A DNA stretch of 63,527 bases, counting the filler, from Octopus bimaculoides (taxonomy: Eukaryota): the NCBI RefSeq assembly GCF_001194135.2. It is 5 parts of 5 records of this genome, joined end to end, with 100 filler letters (N's around TTAATTAATTAA, not from the genome) between each part and the next. Parts side by side here need not be neighbours in the genome. Positions count along the whole stretch, not along the records: positions 21,638 to 52,380 come from NC_068989.1; 4 more parts are not named here. The stretch is one strand, 5' to 3'. The notes under the pieces were generated by a model. That model was not told the DNA's origin and did not search any database. It saw only the letters and a list, made by a program, of their open reading frames with translations. Numbering within the stretch: position 1 is the stretch's first letter; each line of letters starts with the position of its first letter. Below, one piece after another: positions 25,171-37,865 of the stretch. A program made the position numbers and the translations under genes.

Positions 25171-25375
25171 GTTTGTGTGTGCGTATGTGTTTGTCCCCCC
25201 ACCATCACTTGGCAACTGATGTTGGTGTGTTTATGTACCTGTAACTTAGCAATATGGCAAAAGAGACCAATAAAACAAGTACTAGGCTCACAAAGAATCC
25301 TGGGGTTGATTTGTTCGACCAAAGGCGGTGCTCCAGCAAGGCCACAGTCAAATGATTGAAACAAGTAAAAGAATA
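24945..25375 (+). mobile_element. Family B SINE with (TA)n and 3' tail
   Basis: Complete head and core; tail ACTTAGCAATATGGCAAAAGAGACCAATA..GCTCCAGCAAGGCCACAGTC. Confidence 0.85.
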
Positions 25376-25599
25376 AGAAAAAAAGAATAATATGTAAAAT
25401 AGTTCACAATGAATAGGAGAGTTGTTTGGATATTAAACTAGTTTGTCATTAAAATCTTGATTAATTTTGATACTAAAAATCAGTGAATGAAAGATGAACT
25501 GAGGATTATAATATCACAAACCTCTAAACACAGTAGGAAGGAAATGAGGCTGTATTTATTCTAGTTCTCCATACTATGACATAAAACATAGCAAAAAAT

Positions 25600-26100
25600 G
25601 CATCCCAAGGATAATCCACTTTTTCCAGTACCAGAAAATATGTTGGTTGATATGGAATGCTCACACTCTACAAAGAGCTCAAGTAAGATCCACAATAAAA
25701 TACTGCTCCCATACCTGAGACAGTTATGGAGCTGATGTTACTGTTGTACATTACAAACCATCCAAAAGAGGGGTATCTGATTGTATAGCAAAGACTAACC
25801 AACACACTGCAACCTCTGGCCCATAGATTTTCTGTCTCCTCTCTTTAACACTTCTGTCTCTACTATGATGGCCTCTACTCTTCTGAACTAGACAGTTACA
25901 TACCACCAAACATGCCTGTCTCTTCTACTCTTGACATTTCTACTGTATCTCAACTTCACCACAAGGAACTCCACTAACATACTTACTCAATTTTTCCTCC
26001 CTAGAGTGTACCTCCCTTTGGAAATCCTTCTTATTTTGTGTCACCCCGAACTTACAGATGTTCATTCTCATTATAAACTTCTTATAAATTTCACCAGTTT
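25600..26100 (+). mobile_element. Old CR1/L2-group LINE 3' remnant
   Basis: Decayed LYKAQVRxTIxYCSH, YYDGLYSSEL and FFPR..LW motifs of the CR1/L2 post-RT region. Confidence 0.55.
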
Positions 26101-26269
26101 CAGAAGAGCCATGGAAATCGATTCTCCTCTAGACTGTGCCATAAAAGAGTATTGGGAGCATCAACAGCCTGTAAATATATGGCTTACATATATCAAACTT
26201 TGTTGCTATTGTGTTGGGGGTATTGCCACCTTGTAGATAAAAGATGCCATTATTACTTGAAATATTGTT

Positions 26270-26472
26270 TCACATTTTGGCACAATGCCAGTAAATTCTG
26301 GGGGAAAATGTGAGTCAATTACATCAACCCCAGAGGTCAACTGGTACTTATTTTATTGACCCCTAAAGGATGAAAGATAAAGTTGACTTTGATGGAATTT
26401 GAACTCATAACAAAGACATGAAATGCTGTTAAGCATTTTGCCCAGTGTGCTAACAATTCTGCCAGCTTGCTA
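26270..26472 (-). mobile_element. Nin/Deu-like SINE, CpG-decayed
   Basis: CTGGTACTTATTTTATTGACCCCTAAAGGATGAAAG is the reverse of the domain seen at 3950. Confidence 0.75.
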
Positions 26473-26479
26473 CTTTTGT

Positions 26480-26730
26480 TACTTGGAATATCAACTCCTA
26501 GATATCAAGCTTCATTGTCATATCAGGAGTACCAAGTCCAAAGAGCACCAAGATGTGAAGTTTCAATGTCACTGGAAGTATCACCAACTTGTAGATATCA
26601 AGCTTTTTTTTTTGCTACTTGGAGTATCACCAAGTTGGAGATGTCAACCTTCATTGCTATTACATTGGGAGTATTGCCACTTTATAGATGTCAGCTTTGT
26701 TGATATTCAGAGTACAATTACTTTGGAGAT
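26480..26730. repeat. Degenerate ~40-48 bp tandem repeat (about 6 units)
   Basis: Recurring GGAGTATCACCAA(C/G)TTG(T/G)AGAT(A/G)TCAA(G/C)CTT; a related unit at about 26216. Confidence 0.6.
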
Positions 26731-27049
26731 ATGATTCACCCTATTATTGCTTTAAATAAAATTGTTTAAATAAAATTTGAAGCCATTATTTAAAATAAAA
26801 TACTAAATTCAGTATCCACTAATAAAAGCTAGATTATTCCTTAAATATTCCTACAAAGCTAGATATTACTCAATTATTCCTAGTGTTGACACTGTTCTAA
26901 CATTGTGCACTGCTGTGCAACTAGGTGGGTGCACTGTGAGTGCACTGCAGGATTTTTAAAAGTATAATTTAAGGTTTTAGAAAATTCATATTAATGGTTT
27001 TAGCACCTTAGAAAAACCTTATTCATAACTTATTGTAACACACAAGTTA

Positions 27050-27240
27050 AGGTGGCTAGGCGAAATGCTTAGCAGTATTTTGCTGTCATCACATTCCGAG
27101 TTCAAATGCCACCAGGATTGACTTTGCCTTTCATCCTTTCGGGGTCAATAAATTAAGAACCAGTTACACACTGGGGTTGATGTAATCAACTGGTCCCCTC
27201 CCCAAAAATGTCAGGCCTTGAGCCTATAGTAAAAAGGATT
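27050..27240 (+). mobile_element. Nin/Deu-like SINE, CpG-decayed
   Basis: GCCTTTCATCCTTTCGGGGTCAATAAATTAAGAACCAG. Confidence 0.8.
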
Positions 27241-27510
27241 ATAAGTCACAAGTATGGTTAATAAAACAAAGATAAGGAATAGTTTCCTTTTTTTTCTCCC
27301 AACTCTTCATGAGTAAGTTTTTGTAACATCTGATCTTTAGTACACCATAAAGTCAAAAAGACTGAGAATTAGTTATCTAGATATCTAGATTTAGAGCAGC
27401 TTGAGCTTTCTTAAGATGTGTATCAGTTTAAACAGAAACAAGTACTTAACTCTTTTGATACCATCTCACATGTAACCGCCCTTGTTATGTAACACAAATT
27501 TCCTGTTTAA

Positions 27511-27725
27511 CCATTTAGCATTTAAACAGGCCGTATCCAGCCCAAATTTTCAACCTGTTTTATGTACAAACTGGACAGATCCGGCCTCTCACACCTCTCT
27601 TATAATGTCATTCTAAAAACAATCACATCATTGAAATCTCAAAGTTACAAGATAATGCATGATTAATTCAAACCAATGCAAATAAGTAAGCATGCATTTG
27701 ACAGAGTAATTCAAATGCTAAAGGG
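27511..27725. mobile_element. piggyBac-type MITE
   Basis: TTAA|CCATTTAGCATT ... AATGCTAAAGGG|TCAA: inverted ends with TTAA-like target. Confidence 0.7.
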
Positions 27726-27793
27726 TCAAAAGTGATTTAAATTAAAACACTAGCTTAAGAATGCCACGGTCATTTTAATAAATCCTTTGTTGA

Positions 27794-28071
27794 CCCTTTC
27801 GTTACCAACTCAGCTGAAACCGGCTCTGGCTTTGTAGTACAAATGTCTTGTTTTCATAAGTTTTGAATTAACATCTTCCACCAAACCTTAGTCACACTTT
27901 TTGTTCCTAACTGAATCACACTTTATGTTCCTTCTACCAAACCTTAATCACACTTTATGTTCCTAACACTAGCTTAATGATAACAAAGTTATTTTACTAA
28001 ATTCTTTCTTTATATTTAAAATAATTGAAAGAAACACAGAGCATCTCAAAATAAATACGGTGACGAAAGGG
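27794..28071. mobile_element. piggyBac-type MITE with internal duplication
   Basis: TTGA|CCCTTTCGTTACC ... GGTGACGAAAGGG|TAAA; related pieces at 29290-29590 and 44777-45000. Confidence 0.7.
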
Positions 28072-28072
28072 T

Positions 28073-28285
28073 AAAGGCAGCAAGCTGGCAGAAATGTTAG
28101 CACACCAGGCGAAATACTTATTGGTATTTCATCTGTCTTTATGTTCTGAGTTCAAATTCCGCCAAGGTCAACTTTGCCTTTCATCTTTTCAGGGTCGACA
28201 AATTAAGTACCAGTTGTGTACTAGGGTCGATCTAATCGACTGGCCCCCTCCCAAAAAATTTTGGGCCTTGTGCCAGGAGTAGCAA
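28073..28285 (+). mobile_element. Nin/Deu-like SINE, CpG-decayed
   Basis: Aligns to 3850-4020 with CG to TG/CA changes at most CpGs. Confidence 0.85.
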
Positions 28286-28479
28286 AGAACAAATTCTTTG
28301 TTATTTTAAAAAATTTATTGAAACAAGGTCATGTATTTCAACAGCAATATGGGTAACTAAACAGTTAAAGAAAACAGGCATTACTCTTTAAAAAAAATCC
28401 AGACAACACACACTTGGTATTTGTTTAGTAATACATAAAGCAGCAGAATTAAATTAAAGATATCAAGCTTGTTAGTTAC

Positions 28480-28518
28480 CTCTTTCTGAACTCTTTCAAT
28501 ACTATCTTCAAATATTTT
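28480..28518 (-). CDS. Candidate 39-nt internal exon (KIFEDSIERVQKE), phase 0-0
   Basis: Acceptor gttatctttctattag, donor GAG|gtaact, frame-preserving, helix-like peptide. Confidence 0.4.
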
Positions 28519-28949
28519 CTAATAGAAAGATAACATTTCCTATCATTATTCAAATAATATTTTCTAATTCCACAAGAGCAGGTAAGTCACTTAAATCAAA
28601 CAACTTGAATGGTACTTTATTTTTTATCACCACCACTACTACTACTACTATTACTACTACTGCTGTTGCTGGTTAGAATGAGTGAGGGTGGTTGTGAAAG
28701 TGCCGAAAATTATTTCCTTTCATATAATTAGCCTCAGGATGCTGAAATTCAAAAAAACCAAAACTTAAGAAAATGAAAGAAAGCCGGTACTGATGTGGCA
28801 TACAAAGTGACATAGTGCAACCTCTACGGAACAAACACGGCAAAGTTGATCATAGGTAGAATTAGAATATAAAGAGCCAAGACAAATACCATGGGGAATT
28901 TTTCCTGGCATTCAAATGATTCTGTTAATCCACTGCTCTTATCAACATG

Positions 28950-29185
28950 CTTGCTTGTCTGCTTCAAGCTCTTGCTTGATGGGGTTGGGGGTCATCCCAG
29001 GTTACAGGTTCCAGAAATGTCATCATGTGTAGAGCTGACTAACTCCATGAGTGCTCTCCATTGCTGGAAGTCCTGTGCTAGCACTCTGCATCCTCTAAGG
29101 ATGCAAAGTGACATTGAGCCCCCCCCCCCCAAATCACTTCCAACCATCTGGTGCAGGGGCCTCTTCCAGCCCACCATATCAGTAT
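28950..29185 (-). mobile_element. RTE-type LINE 3' remnant
   Basis: KRPLHQMVGSDL...LAQDFQQWRAL resembles the RTE C-terminal GRP..W...DL...AQDR..WR. Confidence 0.5.
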
Positions 29186-30122
29186 ATAAATATTTCCAAT
29201 TTAATATAAGCAACCACAGCTTGTAAACGAAATGATGGATCCCACTACGGTTTCTACAATGATCATACAGTCACTCAATCCACTAAACTACTTATTCCTT
29301 AATTTCACACTGTTGTTGTTTCAAATAATTTTGAAAGCAATGAAGAATTTAGTAAAGTAATTTGGTCGTTATGAAGCAGGTATTTGGCACATGAATTAAT
29401 GTGAAATTTTGATGGAAGGTTTTAAATTTAGATTACTTTAATGCTTTCCTTACCATATTTCTGTTGAAATACATCGCTTCTGGTTCATTTGATTTTAGGA
29501 TTAACAAAGAATTTAGTAAAGTAACTTTGTTGTTATTGGAATTTAAAATAACATGAAATTTTGATGACAGGTTTTAATTTAAATCACTTTAAGTAGCAAC
29601 TGCAAAGGCACTTTTGGTGACCCTGCTCACCTTAGTAAATACAGTATAAATGTACAGGACTTCTGCTAGGTGACTGAGTATTCCACAGACACATGTACCC
29701 TTCATGTAATATTCAGGCCAAGGACTTTTGAATTACAGGTACAACCTGTCCAATGGATAACCACACAGTTCTTGTCTATCTAACCTAATGCATCCCAAGA
29801 TTCCATGCAGTGGTATCAAACTCAAGAATTCATGATTGTGAAGCAAACCACTTTAGTCAAGTTTGCAAAAAAAAATCACAATTTTTTTTTTTTAATCATG
29901 TAAAGTTCTCTGAGAAAATTATCCATCTTAAGTTTTTTTTTTATCTTATATAAATCATTTATCATTTAATTAATGACTTGAGGAACCAACTCATAAGACT
30001 TTAATCAATCTAGGTCAATTTCTTGAGAAACAGATTCCTTTACATAATTATATTGACCAAATGACTGAGAAATATAATGATGGTATTAAAATACCAAAAT
30101 TTTTGTATTTACAATAATTACA

Positions 30123-30154
<32 letters not shown>

Positions 30155-30171
30155 TGTGTATGTGAGTGTAT

Positions 30172-30370
30172 CATCATCATCATCATCATTTAATCTCCAT
30201 TTTCCATGTTGGCATGGCTTGCACTGTTTGACTGGAGCTGGTAAGACCAGGGCCTGCACCAGGCTCTATTGTCTGTTCTGAGATACTTTTTTACAGCTGG
30301 ATACCCTTCCTAATGCCAACCACTCCACAGAGTGCACTGGCTGCATTTTATGTGGCACCAGCACCAGTAT
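30172..30370 (-). mobile_element. Family D SINE, diverged
   Basis: (CAT)n tail and CAGCTGGATACCCTTCCTAATGCCAACCACT. Confidence 0.75.
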
Positions 30371-30378
30371 CAATTCTG

Positions 30379-30419
<41 letters not shown>

Positions 30420-30423
<4 letters not shown>

Positions 30424-30640
30424 AGGGGGTACTGAAAAGTTCCTACCCTTAAGGGTATCGCAAAAGGCCTGGTTGGAGGCCCAACCTTTCGAGTTCTGTT
30501 ACAGAGCTTAAAAAAACTGAAGGACTGCTGCAATAAGTGTGTGAATCTGAGAATGGAATATATTTAATAAAATCATAATTAACTGATCCCCCTATATTTT
30601 CTTTTACCCAAAGCCAGGAACTTTTCAGCACCCCTTCGTG
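30420..30640. mobile_element. Mariner-type MITE (221 bp) with TA target duplication
   Basis: 25-bp TIRs CACAAGGGGGTACTGAAAAGTTCCT / AGGAACTTTTCAGCACCCCTTCGTG (3 mismatches), TA on both sides. Confidence 0.85.
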
Positions 30641-30645
30641 TATGC

Positions 30646-30690
<45 letters not shown>

Positions 30691-31660
30691 TAGCCAGTAG
30701 TTCATATATCCCAAAAAGACGCACACCCTAAAGCATCAGAGAAGTAATATATTTTTTAGAACATCCAAAAAAGAAGAACATTCTTAAAAAATAAAAACAC
30801 ATCCTAAATATATATATATTGAAATGAGTTTTCAATTCGCAATTACTTTGAAATGTATTTCTATTTTCTTCTAAGAAATGTTTTTGTTTTGAGGATGCTA
30901 GCGTAATAACTTTCAGCAAATTAAAAAATCTGTAATAATGACATTTTATAATAAGTAACTTTTAAGCATTCAACATATTCGTTTTGCTCAAGTTTCTTTT
31001 TGTATTTTCCCAGGTTGTTTTTGTTTCATTGTCAATCCTGGAGACATATTATCTAAATCTGAATGGCTTTCAAACTTAAAAACTTCAGGCATCTGTAACA
31101 ATTGAGTTAATCCAAGTGGAACACCATAAAACTGTCTCTGTCGGCCAATTCATTGTCCCTTTAATCTTCAGTACTGACCATGCACATCCAATGCCATAAT
31201 ATTAGCATAACAATAACATCACAGACTGACTGGATGTGCAGATGTTGTTTGAATACATATAGAAGAACATTATAAATGCATAACAAAAAAAAACTTGTGC
31301 TAGAAATTTTAGGACAGAGGAAAGTAGACTTAGTTGGAACATATCTCACAAAAAGGCTTATTTTTCAACATATGGCTGTATTGGTAAATCCACATCATCA
31401 TCATCATTGGTATAGTTATATACATATTTACAATAAACTCAGTAAACCCGTTCAGTAATGGCATAGAGAGATTCTTGAAGAAAGTTAATATTTGTGATTC
31501 ATGTCTGAATGTCCTGACATGCTCCATGGTGGGGCAAGTTGGCTTATGCTAGGGGAGGGGGACATACCAGTATGTTCCAACATACTGTTGTTCCAACATG
31601 GGACAATTAAGAGTACATTGCTATTATATAAGAATTTAATATAGAAAAAAATATTGGTGG

Positions 31661-31694
<34 letters not shown>

Positions 31695-32149
31695 AACAAA
31701 GCCAACTCATGAATTTTTTGAAACTCTTCTTCCCACTCCCAGAAAAAGTTTTTCACAACAAATTCTAATATAATCAAAATCTACACCATCTGAAGCATAT
31801 TTGTAGAAAATTTCATTTAAAAAATATCCATTTTTCTGAAAGTTGTGAAGAAATAGAATCGGCAGGGTGTGGTTCACACTTATGTAAGTATGTCTAACTA
31901 TTACCAACATCATTTAACATTCATTTTTCCCATGATTGCATGGATCAGACAGAGTTCATGGAAGTATATTTTCCTAAAGTCAGATGCCCTTCTTGTTGCC
32001 AACCTTCATGTTTCCAAAATTTCCCTACAGCCAAAATTGTTTTCCACAGACGAATGGGAAAGAACAATGTCACTTGCACAGCAGTGATACTTATTTACAA
32101 CAACCATCATGTGATGCCAAGAACTGGACATATATCTACACTTATATAC

Positions 32150-32300
32150 ATATATGATGGGCATCTTTCAGTTTTCATCTATCAAAGCCATTCACAAGGC
32201 TTTGGTTGGCCTGAGGCAACAATAGAAAACATTTGCCCAAGGTGCCATGCAGTGAGACTGAACCTGAAACCACAAGGTTGGAAAGCAAGTTTCTTAACCA
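32150..32300 (-). mobile_element. Family B SINE
   Basis: CACAAGGCTTTGGTTGGCCTGAGGC..TTGCCCAAGGTGCCATGCAGTGAGACTGAACC. Confidence 0.8.
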
Positions 32301-32414
32301 CACACCAACATTTGTGCCTTTATTTACATTGGAATAATTTCAGTTTTCAATTCTGTTTTGCTCTTTAGACAAAATGTTTTCCCTATGGCTTTGTAAGATT
32401 TGTAAAAGTTGTGT

Positions 32415-32755
32415 GATTATGAATCTTGCAAGTGGTTTTGGGTACAGTCCCACTACAGGGCATCTTGGACAAGTGTCTTCTACTATAGCCTCTTGTGAGT
32501 GGATTTGTTTGGAAATTGAAAGAAGCCCATCATGTATATGTGAGAGTGTATCTGTGTGTTTGTCTTTCACCACAGCTTGAGAACTAGTGCTGGTTGATTA
32601 CATCCCCGTAACTTAGCAATTCAGCAAAAGAGAGCAAAAGAATCAGTTCCAGGCTTCAAATTAAGTATAAGAGTCGACTTGTTTGACTAAACCCTTCAAA
32701 ATGGTGCCCCAGTATGGCCACAGTCCTACATCTGAAACAAGTAAATGGTAAAAGA
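32415..32755 (+). mobile_element. Family B SINE with tail
   Basis: CAGTCCCACTACAGGGCATCTTGGACAAGTGTCTTCTACTATAGCCTC. Confidence 0.8.
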
Positions 32756-33174
32756 TAAGAAGCAAAAATAAAGTTTGGACTAATACTTCTTGTTGTTTTG
32801 AAAGCTATTAACTGTTGTTCAGTTGCTGGAATTTAAGTAGTAATATATGCGTTAACGACAGTGTTGTGTTAACTACATATAAATCAAAGAGACAAACAAT
32901 AATAATTATAGTAACAACTATAATTAAGACAAGTGAGGAATGAACAACTGCAGTCTTAATTTCCTGCTAACAATGTTAAACACACAAAAAGCTAGCTTTA
33001 AGTGGGCAAAGTTTATAGCATATTTCCATGCATGGATCAGAAACGGAAGAAATTATTGAAGTTGAAACTAAGGTGTTTGATGGATGGTTGGTTGATCCCT
33101 CCAGTCACGCTAGACAGCACATAAAAAGAGAGAGGGGTTAAACATAAAAGGTGCAGAATGGATGTACATACGAG

Positions 33175-33490
33175 CAGTGGCGGACTGAGTCTAAACATAT
33201 TAGTTGCCAAGAGACTAAGGGGACCCACCCGCAACTACAATGCTATCATTTATTTTTTTTGATTAATTAATTAATTTATTTTTTGTTAAAAGTATTCTTT
33301 TCAACTGTCTATAAACACAACCAGGCTGAAATAATTAATACATTCTTCCAGGAGTGAATAAAAAATTCTCAAACTTGAGGGGCTAGGCTCCTTAGATACT
33401 AACACGCCCCCCACCCGCCTATATGGATTCTAGTGACGCAGGGGCCCACTTGTCATCGGGCAAGCTAGCAACTTGGCCAGTCCACCACTG
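33175..33490. mobile_element. hAT-type MITE with perfect 8-bp TSD
   Basis: TIRs CAGTGGCGGACTG / CAGTCCACCACTG; CATACGAG duplicated at 33167-33174 and 33491-33498. Confidence 0.9.
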
Positions 33491-34689
33491 CATACGAGGC
33501 TCGGTGGTAGACAATAAATAAAGGAAGAAGTCTACATACACTCACGGTGAGGGAGAGAGAATGTAAGAATCTTACAGAAGAGACAGACAGACAGAGAGGG
33601 AGAGAGTGAATGAAAGTATATGGAAGTTATGTAAACGAGAAATTTGTTTTAATTTTATTTTGAGGTAATAAATATCTTTCTTTCGAAAAATTGTATTCAT
33701 TTTATCATTTTGGATAAGCACCAAGAAATTAGATAAAGATTAAATTACAATTCTTGTATGTTTATGCTGTTTCCTGATATTACCCGTAGTAACAAAACTA
33801 TACTTCCAAAGAAATCTGTCATGTGACATGTAACAGACTAATACATACTGAATTAAAAATAATAACGCAATAATATTGAGCTGTTCCCATTGGTATATTT
33901 CGTGTTTTCAAATCAACTAAAAAAAACTGTTTACAAATAAAACTTTTTAACGTATTTAAAATTTTTGAAGAAAAAAATCTATTTCCACTCTTTATTCTCT
34001 AACCAACATTCTTTGTTTTGTATAATTTAATTCCCAATCTAAGACAGCTGAAAACTAGACTGATATTAAATGGATTAAATTAACTGAATTATATATTACA
34101 ACTGTTTAAAACTATTTCGTCACATTTGTATGACTTTAAAGTTATTTTCCTAAACTCTTCATCATTTTTCACAAATGAATTAAAACAAAACCAATGTATT
34201 TCAACAAAAATAAAGTAACAGAGGGGAGGGGCAAGAAAGTGGTACTAAAAGTACATTCACCCCCAGGGTGCTAAAAAGTACCTTTGCCCACCAGATCGTT
34301 ATAACTCTTGCCACGCTAGTGGGAACAATCAACGAATCCCTCATAGACTCTGAAAGCTTAAATCTACAAAGTTGGGAGTAATTTTCGATATAGAACTTCT
34401 TTGTCCTTTCCAAATAGTAACAACACAGTTTTTCTATAAACTTCTTTAGGACCCGTTCAAGTCTTTTAGAAAGACTGAACGTCACAACTGATCAATACTC
34501 CCAACATTAAACATTGATTGTATTCGTATATCGATAGTATAGTGATGAGAGTGGGTTCTGGAATATGTGTCTGGATGTTTTTACGTGTTTCTGTTGCTGT
34601 TTGGTGTCTGTGAACAATTTTAATGAACAAATGTAAAATGGGTCTGTGATGACGAAAATGCATCGTTTTAGCATTCTTTCGGTTTATGA

Positions 34690-34960
34690 ACTAGCACTCC
34701 GTCGCTTACAACGACGAGTATTTCCAAGTGCTCGATCAACGGAACAGCCTATTCGTGCAAATGGTCGAGCACTCCAAAGATACGCATACCCTTAAAGTAA
34801 TTCTCAGGGAGAATGTGACAAGGTTGGCCCTTCGAAATACAGGTACTACTTATTTTTGCCATCTTCTGAAATTAAATGTTTTGCACAACGTGCCGCCAGG
34901 AATCGAAATTACAGCCTTACGGTCGTAAGCCGAATGCCCAACCACAAAAACAAGCGCCTT
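34690..34960 (-). mobile_element. tRNA-derived SINE (further family), diverged
   Basis: Reverse reads GAAGGCGCTTG..GTGGTTGGGCATTCGGCTTACGACCGTAAGG..TTCGATTCCTGGCGGC (A/B-box-like). Confidence 0.7.
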
Positions 34961-36285
34961 CATAAAGGCTGAAAAATGGTAACATTGACAGCATTTGACA
35001 ATGTCCAGACGGACGGGTCGGATAGACAGACACCTTATCCTTTTTCTTTCTCTTTTTTTTTTTTTACCTAAAAAAAAAAATAATAATAATTTCCTTGGGT
35101 TCCTATTATTTCAACAATGGAAACTTTTCGAATTTTTAAGGTTTCCCGCTATCCATGCTCCATTAAAAAAAAAAAAATTTGAATTAAAAAAATAAATCCA
35201 TTCAAATATCAATTCTGATTGCCGACAATTTTTCAATTACAATTTATGATCCTAAATCGAAAGAATATCATCATTATAATCCTCGCAGGAACCAAGAATA
35301 CCAGTTATATACTGCAGTCAAATTAACTAAATAAAGGTTGATTAGCCGCTTACTGTCCTTGCAAATATATACATACATGCACACACGCAAGCATACACAG
35401 ATACAGACATACACAAACATAAACGGGATGTCTGTATTGACTTCATGCAGATGTGAATGCAGAGAAGAATATTAATAAAGAAAAATATATATAGATAATC
35501 GTTTTGATCTAGGTACCAATTTCGAGGGAAGGGTATCAATCGATATCATCGATCTTAATAATTTAGAATGATAGAAAACATGGCATTTTGTAGCTTTAGT
35601 TTTATTATTCCATTCGCGTATAAGATGCTTTGTAAGAATAAAAATAGGTTGGTGGAAGAATACAGTAGATTGAATTTAACCTCAGTAAAAAAAATTTGAA
35701 TTGTTAGAAATATCTGCTAAACTATAGTCTTAAACGAGGAACACCTCGGATGATGGAATTGTAGATTTCCTGTGCGTGAATAGAAAAAAATGGGGATGGT
35801 CACAGCTGGAATGCTCCAGCAGGACTGACATGGGGTCAAACAACAACAGGTATGAACTTTTATTTTTAGGGGTATCTAATAACGAAATATTAAGATAGAT
35901 TTGTTCAGAAAATCCAAAGTTTAAGTGAACCCCTATCTGGATTCGAACGCAGAAGGACGAAAGTATATACGCTGATCTTAGTAATTAGGTCTCGCAATCC
36001 AGTTCATGCCAACTCACCCACTTTACTATATTAATATAAGTTAAACTAATTATGTAGAAATAATAATTTCGATGGATTTTTTTTTTTTTTCGGAGATAAT
36101 ACAAAATCAAAGCTGGGTCGAGCACTCGATCAACTAAAGAATTATTGTCGCACTACGACATTTCTGAAAGAGGTGAGGAAAAAAATCGATGAAGTATCGA
36201 GTTTCTCGTGTTAATTAGTTTTCCAGTAATGTTACTAACTGTCATATTATGATCAAAAACTAAAAAAACCAAACCAGATACTTAC

Positions 36286-36360
36286 CATCGTTGTTGAAAT
36301 AATGAGTTTCTCAGAGTTTTAAGTAATACAGGACTTCGAAAACCGAATGAAGTTAGGTAG
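36286..36360 (-). CDS. Candidate first coding exon ending in ATG (5' boundary uncertain)
   Basis: Minus strand aacaacgATG|gtaagtat, a consensus donor right after an ATG; GA-rich tract and CRE-like TGACGTC (36634) upstream. Confidence 0.3.
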
Positions 36361-37865
36361 GTGGGTTCTAACACACACACTCTCTCTCTCTCTCCCTGTC
36401 CCTCTTTCGTTCTTTCTTTTCCCTCCTCTCACTCTTTCTTTCTCTCTCTACTCACCCATTTTGTCTCTGTGTACCCGCTCTTTCTGTTTGCCCTCTCTCT
36501 CTCACTCTCTCCTTCTCTGGCTTCCTGTCTCTTTCTCTCTATCGTCCCTGGCTGCTTCTTATAACTTTCTTGTTCCTTCTCTCTCTCTCATTTCTTTTAG
36601 CTTCACCTTCCCCCTCTCTCTTATTCTTTTTTCTGACGTCTCTGACACACCCCTGACGCTTTCCTTCTCTCTTTCTCTCTCTCACTCATTCTTTGTATAT
36701 ATATGTTGTGGAGTAGGTGTAGCAAAAGATGTTGAGGTAGCAGATGAAATAGGCATACGGACGACATCAATGTAAAATAATGGGAAAGCATCGGATTGTG
36801 GTTTAAATAATTTATTTAAACGATATTTGCATTTACTTGTATACACCAAAAAATTCACTACCTGACATTACCAACTTACTTCGAGTTGTCGAAGAAGAAA
36901 ATAACAGGGGAAATATTGTGTCGATATGATGAGGTAGAAGCGGGCATGTTTTGTGTGCGTTGGTCATTCAGTAGTGTCTGTTTATGTTCTCCATCTGCTG
37001 CTGTGTTGAGTCGTTCATGCTGAATACGTGGTTCCCTGTTGGCTGCTTAACTGGCGGAAGATACCTGTTGGCTGTCTTGCCTGTAGCTATCTGCCTCTGT
37101 CGTATGTCTGACGGCTAGAAGGACAAACATATCACAGGAGTAATTTCTACCTATGTAAGTCGTCCCCTGTCCACTTGAACCTTAAATGACACGGCTCAGG
37201 TCGTCGGTCGAAGGGAAAAGCATTCCATCATTTTTTGACTGGACAAAGGAATTTCTTTCGCGCCTGTTTGGCCAGTGGTGGATCAGACGAGCGAAAATCC
37301 TTAGATTCGGTTTCAAATTTCAGCTCGGAAAAAAGAAACGTTAGTTTTTACATATGTATTACATCTTAATTCTAACACACTGCCTACGACCCCAAAGAAA
37401 TCCCAAAGTGGAAATCTGAAGTTATTTCGTTCTTGTGTCAAAAACCATAACGTATCGACATTGCATTTGTTGCACAAAAAGTAAATAAATAAAAACGAAA
37501 CAGCCAAAATGAGGATATAATTTTCATCATAGTTATTTCATTTAATGAAAACGAATAAAAAGTTAAGCTTCTGAAACAGTGAAATACTTGAACTAAATAA
37601 TCTACTGTATAATCGTACTATTAACAGCGAAAGCTTATTCACTAAAAGTAATGAGTGGGCGGTATAATAAAACTATTTGAAACTTTCTTGTCGGAATTTT
37701 AGAAATTGTGTGAAAGAAATAGCAAAGGAAATTTAAAAAGTACGCAAAATACTTTACAAATAATAATTCAAAATAATTTTTTAAGCTTGAAGAATAAAAT
37801 AAAGTGAAAATTCCTTTCATACTTCACCATTAATATTTCTTTAATTTATTTATTTTGTTTGGCAA

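Noticed and set aside
26420-26760. Tandem repeat as a possible CRISPR-like array
   Set aside because: Eukaryotic context, degenerate units, no unique spacers and no cas genes.
28560-28590. Perfect plus-strand donor CAG|GTAAGT
   Set aside because: No convincing acceptor or frame, it conflicts with the better minus-strand exon 60 bp away, and it resembles the CORE-SINE AAGTCACTTAA motif.
34520-34660. GTGATGA box C-like motifs suggesting a C/D snoRNA
   Set aside because: No properly placed CTGA box D or terminal stem.
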